The translations under genes were made by a program, and so were the position numbers. From an uncultured Thermoleophilia bacterium (GTDB lineage Bacteria > Actinomycetota > Thermoleophilia > UBA2241), in the NCBI GenBank assembly GCA_963699725.1, contig CAVOVA010000007.1, positions 29,108-93,107 on the forward strand: 64,000 bases of DNA, read 5' to 3'. The notes beneath the pieces are model-generated. The model was given only the letters and a program-made list of their open reading frames with translations. It was not told the DNA's origin and made no database searches. Of the stretch, positions 60,563 through 64,000 are shown in pieces (position 1 is the stretch's first letter; each line of letters opens with the position of its first letter).

Positions 60563-60937
60563 TCATCCGTCGAGGGTGAACGCGCCGGGCAGATGCCGGA
60601 CCGCCGGCGGGCGGCTGGAGGCGTCGACAGCGACGATATCGAAGCGCACGTCGCTCACGCCGCGCAACGCCCACGGGCGCGCCGCCAGCCAGAGCTCGCC
60701 GAGGCGAGCGACCTGGCGGCGCTTGCGCGTGTCGACGGCGTCCTCTGGCGCTCCGAACGACCCGGTATGCCGAGCTTTGACCTCGACGAAGGCGAGCACG
60801 TCGCCACGGCGCACGATGAGATCCAGCTCACCGCGGCCGATGCGCACGTTGCGCCCGAGAACCGTCCAGCCATCCCGCACGAGGTGGCGGGCTGCCGCCG
60901 ACTCCGCGGCGCGACCGAACTGTTGGCGAGCGTTCAC
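60563..60937 (-). CDS. yraN: YraN-family (UPF0102) endonuclease-like protein
   Basis: GRAAESAAARHLVRDGWTVLGRNVRIGRGELDLIVRRGDVLAFVEVKAR is the family signature. The protein is 124 aa. Confidence 0.8.
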   Translation of the reverse strand: MNARQQFGRAAESAAARHLVRDGWTVLGRNVRIGRGELDLIVRRGDVLAFVEVKARHTGSFGAPEDAVDTRKRRQVARLGELWLAARPWALRGVSDVRFDIVAVDASSRPPAVRHLPGAFTLDG

Positions 60938-61082
60938 CGGGCCAGCGTAGAGGCCGGCAGCGGCGGCTCACATGGTGCCGATGGGGCCTCGCGGGTGACG
61001 TTGGCGATTGCCAACCCACCGGCGCGGGCCCTGCTTCCGTGAAGGCAGCGAAGGGCTCACCGGGGCGCGAGCCCCCGGGGAC

Positions 61083-61748
61083 TCAGCGGTCAGTCGCGGC
61101 GTCCGGACCCAGCCCGAGCTGCCGGTAGGCGACGCTGTCGAACGAGAGGCGGTGCAGATCGCACACGCCGTGCTCCGTGATCGCCGCCCGGTGGGCGGCG
61201 GTCGCATAACCGACGTGACGGTCGAAGCCGTACGCGGGATAGGACTCGTGGAGCGTGCGCATCAAGCGATCGCGGGTGACCTTGGCAACGATGGAGGCCG
61301 CGGCGACGGCGGCGGAGAGCCGGTCGCCGCCGACGACCGCCCGGTGTTCGCAGGCGCAGCCGTGCAGGCGAAAGCCGTCGACGAGCGCAACGTCCGGCGC
61401 GGGCTCGAGCGCCTCGAGGGTGCGGGCGAGAGAGCCGAGATTGCAGCGATGCAGGCCGACTCGGTCGATCGTGCCCGGCGAGCACTGCACGACCACCACC
61501 TGGCGTGCGCGCCTCACGATCTCCGTGTACAGGACCTCCCGACGGGAGGCGGTGAGGCGTTTGGAGTCGTCCAAGCCGCCGAGGGCCCCGAGAGCCACCT
61601 CGTCCAGCACGGCGTAGTCGAGGCACACCGAGGCGGCGACGAGCGGACCGGCGAGACAACCGCGACCGGCCTCGTCGGCGCCGGCGACGGCGGCGCCGTC
61701 TGCGCCGGCGGCCGCGAGATCGAAGGCGAAACGATCGTTCACGGCCAC
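61083..61748 (-). CDS. rnhB: Ribonuclease HII
   Basis: VAGADEAGRGCLAGPLVAA (DEAGRG motif), DSK.L. and the GY..H C-terminal motifs are present. Confidence 0.9.
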   Translation of the reverse strand: MAVNDRFAFDLAAAGADGAAVAGADEAGRGCLAGPLVAASVCLDYAVLDEVALGALGGLDDSKRLTASRREVLYTEIVRRARQVVVVQCSPGTIDRVGLHRCNLGSLARTLEALEPAPDVALVDGFRLHGCACEHRAVVGGDRLSAAVAAASIVAKVTRDRLMRTLHESYPAYGFDRHVGYATAAHRAAITEHGVCDLHRLSFDSVAYRQLGLGPDAATDR

Positions 61749-61801
61749 GGCAGGCGTTCTACTTCACCACACTCTGGGCCCTTGCAGGCCGCGCGTCGCC
61801 A

Positions 61802-62410
61802 TCAGTCGACGCCGCCGATGCGGGCCGGCGGCCAGTAGCGGGCGAACGCGTTGCCCACCAGCTGGCTACGCGGCACAGGGCCGAACTCCCGACTGTCGCC
61901 ACTGTCGATGCGATTGTCGCCCATGACGAAGTAGCTGTCCGCGGGCACCTTGTACGGCTTCTGCAGCGACCACGGAAGGCCGTTGTCGAAGGGTTCCGAG
62001 GGCACGGCCTTACCGCTGACCTTGCGCACGTAGGGCTCGTCAAGGGGTTGACCATTGACGTACACGGCGCCGTCGCGCAGCGAGACCTCGTCGCCGGGCA
62101 AGCCGACGATGCGCTTGATCAGCACGGGACCCGTGAAGGGCGGGTGGAAGACGACGATGTCGGCGCGCTCGGGATCCGAGAACCGCCAGGAGAGACGGTC
62201 GACGAGCACGCGGTCACCGATCAGAAGGGTGTCCTCCATGGACTCGGAGGGGATCCTGTACGGCTTGACGAGAAAGGCCTGGATGAGGAGGGCCACGGAG
62301 ATGGCGACCACCGCCAGCACGGCGTACTCGATGAGCGTGCGGCCCGTCGAGGCCTTCTTGCCGCCTTTGGCGGCCTGGTCGCCCGGGGCGCCCTGCGTGG
62401 TGTTCATCAC
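61802..62410 (-). CDS. lepB: Signal peptidase I
   Basis: It has a TM anchor, then box B IPSESMEDTL (catalytic Ser), box D GDRVLV..., KRIVGLPGD and box E FVMGDNRIDSGDSR. Confidence 0.85.
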   Translation of the reverse strand: MMNTTQGAPGDQAAKGGKKASTGRTLIEYAVLAVVAISVALLIQAFLVKPYRIPSESMEDTLLIGDRVLVDRLSWRFSDPERADIVVFHPPFTGPVLIKRIVGLPGDEVSLRDGAVYVNGQPLDEPYVRKVSGKAVPSEPFDNGLPWSLQKPYKVPADSYFVMGDNRIDSGDSREFGPVPRSQLVGNAFARYWPPARIGGVD

Positions 62411-62436
62411 CCTCCTGATTCGCCTGCGGGAGTGTA

Positions 62437-62997
62437 TCAGAGCGCGCGCAGGCGCGAGAGCGGCCAGTACGTGGCGAGGCCCTCACCGACGATCGCGCCG
62501 CGCGGCACGGTACCCCAGTCACGGCTGTCGTCGCTGTCGGTACGGTTGTCGCCCATCACGAAGTAGTTGGCCGCCGGCACGCGGAACGGCTCCGCAAGAG
62601 ACCATGGCTCGTGCATCGTGCTCCCCTCGATGGCGGCCTGCGCGACTGTCGGGTCGAGGTGGCCGTCGGTGCGGTGGACGTACGGCTCGGGTGCCTTCTT
62701 GCCGTTCACGTAGAGGCGCCCTTCCCTCACCTCGAGGACGTCGCCGGGCACGCCGACGACCCGCTTGATGAAGACGATCTCCGGATCCTCCGGATAGTGG
62801 AAGACGATCACGTCCCCACGCTGGGGGTCACGAAGGTGGAAGGTGACGCGGTTGACGAGCACCCGGTCACCCGGCCGCAGCGTGTCGAGCATCGACTCCG
62901 ACGGGATGCGGTACGGCTTGATGAGCCACGACTGGACGGCCAGTGCGACGAGCACGGCGATCGCGATGACCGCGATGTACTCAGCGGCGCGCTTCAC
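62437..62997 (-). CDS. lepB: Signal peptidase I (second tandem paralogue)
   Basis: IPSESMLDTL, GDRVLVNR, KRVVGVPGD and FVMGDNRTDSDDSR are present. Confidence 0.85.
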   Translation of the reverse strand: MKRAAEYIAVIAIAVLVALAVQSWLIKPYRIPSESMLDTLRPGDRVLVNRVTFHLRDPQRGDVIVFHYPEDPEIVFIKRVVGVPGDVLEVREGRLYVNGKKAPEPYVHRTDGHLDPTVAQAAIEGSTMHEPWSLAEPFRVPAANYFVMGDNRTDSDDSRDWGTVPRGAIVGEGLATYWPLSRLRAL

Positions 62998-63024
62998 GGT
63001 GGAGACGGCCCCCGCCGCGACAGG

Positions 63025-63369
63025 TCAGCGCTGCTTCTCGCGGACCCGCGCCTGCTTGCCGACCTTGCCGCGGAGGTAGTACAGCTTCGCGCGACGCACG
63101 TCGCCGATAGCCATGACCTCGATCTTGTCGATCTTGGGCGAGTGCACGGGGAACGTACGCTCGACGCCGACGCCGAAGGACTGCTTGCGGACGGTGAATG
63201 TCTCGCGCACGCCCTGACCCTGGCGCTTGAGCACGATACCCTGGAAGACCTGGATGCGGTGGCGCGTGCCTTCGACGACCTTGAAGTGCACCTTCACGGT
63301 GTCGCCGGCCTTGAACTGCGGCACGTCCTCGCGCAACTGCTCGAGCTCGATGTTCTCGATGATGTTCAC
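63025..63369 (-). CDS. rplS: 50S ribosomal protein L19
   Basis: [55 protein letters not shown] is the canonical L19 sequence. Confidence 0.95.
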   Translation of the reverse strand: MNIIENIELEQLREDVPQFKAGDTVKVHFKVVEGTRHRIQVFQGIVLKRQGQGVRETFTVRKQSFGVGVERTFPVHSPKIDKIEVMAIGDVRRAKLYYLRGKVGKQARVREKQR

Positions 63370-63465
63370 GGACCCTCGTCTTTCGTCAGAAAAGCGGCGG
63401 CTAGTCTAGCAGGGCGGGCCGGGCGGCGCAAAACCCGCGCCGGCCTTCGGCCACGAAGAATCATC

Positions 63466-64000
63466 TTACCGCTTTCGCACCTGTTCCGCTCGCCAGCGCT
63501 CGATGGCGGCATGGTGCCCGCTGCGCAGCACCTCGGGCACTTCCCAGCCCCGGAACTCAGCCGGCCGTGTGTAGTGCGGGTACTCCGCGCCGCCTCCGAG
63601 CTCCGGCGCGTGCGACTCGCTGACGATGCTGTCCGGATTGCTGATCGCACCCGGCAGCTTGCGCGTCACGGCGTCGAGGACCGCCATCGCGGCGATCTCG
63701 CCCCCGGAGAGTACGTAGGGGCCGAGCGAGACCCGATCGGTCACGAGGTTGGTGACGCGTTCGTCGATGCCCTCGTAGCGTCCGCACAGCAGCACGAGAT
63801 CTCCGCCGGCCAGCTCCGTGGCGAGGGCGTCGTCCAGCTGGCGCCCCTTGGGCGTGAGCTCGACCACGCGCCGCGCATCCTTGACCTGAGCCGCGTCGCC
63901 GCCGAAGATCGCCTCCAGCGCGGCGCAGACCACGTCGATGCGCAGCACCATGCCCGCGCCGCCGCCGTAGGGCGTGTCGTCCACCTGCAGGTGACCGAGG
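63466..64000 (-). CDS. trmD: tRNA (guanine37-N1)-methyltransferase, C-terminal part (5' end beyond the window)
   Basis: [40 protein letters not shown] and YPHYTRP..F.GW.VP.VL.SG.H are present. The frame stays open to position 64000. Confidence 0.9.
   Translation of the reverse strand, partial: LGHLQVDDTPYGGGAGMVLRIDVVCAALEAIFGGDAAQVKDARRVVELTPKGRQLDDALATELAGGDLVLLCGRYEGIDERVTNLVTDRVSLGPYVLSGGEIAAMAVLDAVTRKLPGAISNPDSIVSESHAPELGGGAEYPHYTRPAEFRGWEVPEVLRSGHHAAIERWRAEQVRKR

Overview
This is a high-GC (roughly 70%) actinobacterial-type chromosomal segment, almost entirely coding. All family calls come from motif recognition by eye; no database search was possible.

Left part (about 1039-39538): a dense, multi-operon cell-surface glycan locus. 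It contains:
- a BY-kinase co-polymerase and a WbaP-type initiating phosphoglycosyl transferase;
- a Gfo/Idh/MocA oxidoreductase, a DegT aminotransferase and an LbH acetyltransferase;
- an AlgD-like nucleotide-sugar 6-dehydrogenase;
- about nine glycosyltransferases, one of them a GT2-GT4 fusion;
- a Wzy/O-antigen-ligase-like membrane protein and a Wzm/Wzt ABC exporter;
- a CapA-like and a CapK/PaaK-like pair;
- a secreted protein that fuses a zinc phospholipase-C-like domain to a beta-helix.

The most unusual element is an array of four asparagine-synthetase-B-like paralogues that lack the N-terminal Cys nucleophile, together with an ATP-grasp ligase (30988-39538). Two of the paralogues share a 1,099-bp, essentially identical direct repeat.

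Right part (39849-64000): a conserved housekeeping block on the minus strand. It carries ispG, rseP, dxr, cdsA, uppS, frr, pyrH, tsf, rpsB, a WhiG-type sigma factor, xerC, dprA, comM, yraN, rnhB, two lepB copies, rplS and trmD. The block is interrupted by an SDR epimerase gene and by a CDP-3,6-dideoxyhexose operon (rfbF-rfbG-rfbH plus an FNR-like reductase) followed by a GT-C-like membrane protein.

Two apparent single-base frameshifts are visible, one in the GT-C-like gene and one in the rpsB repeat tail. I recognised no rRNA, tRNA, CRISPR array or transposase. Many long ORFs in the supplied track are antisense shadow ORFs typical of high-GC DNA.
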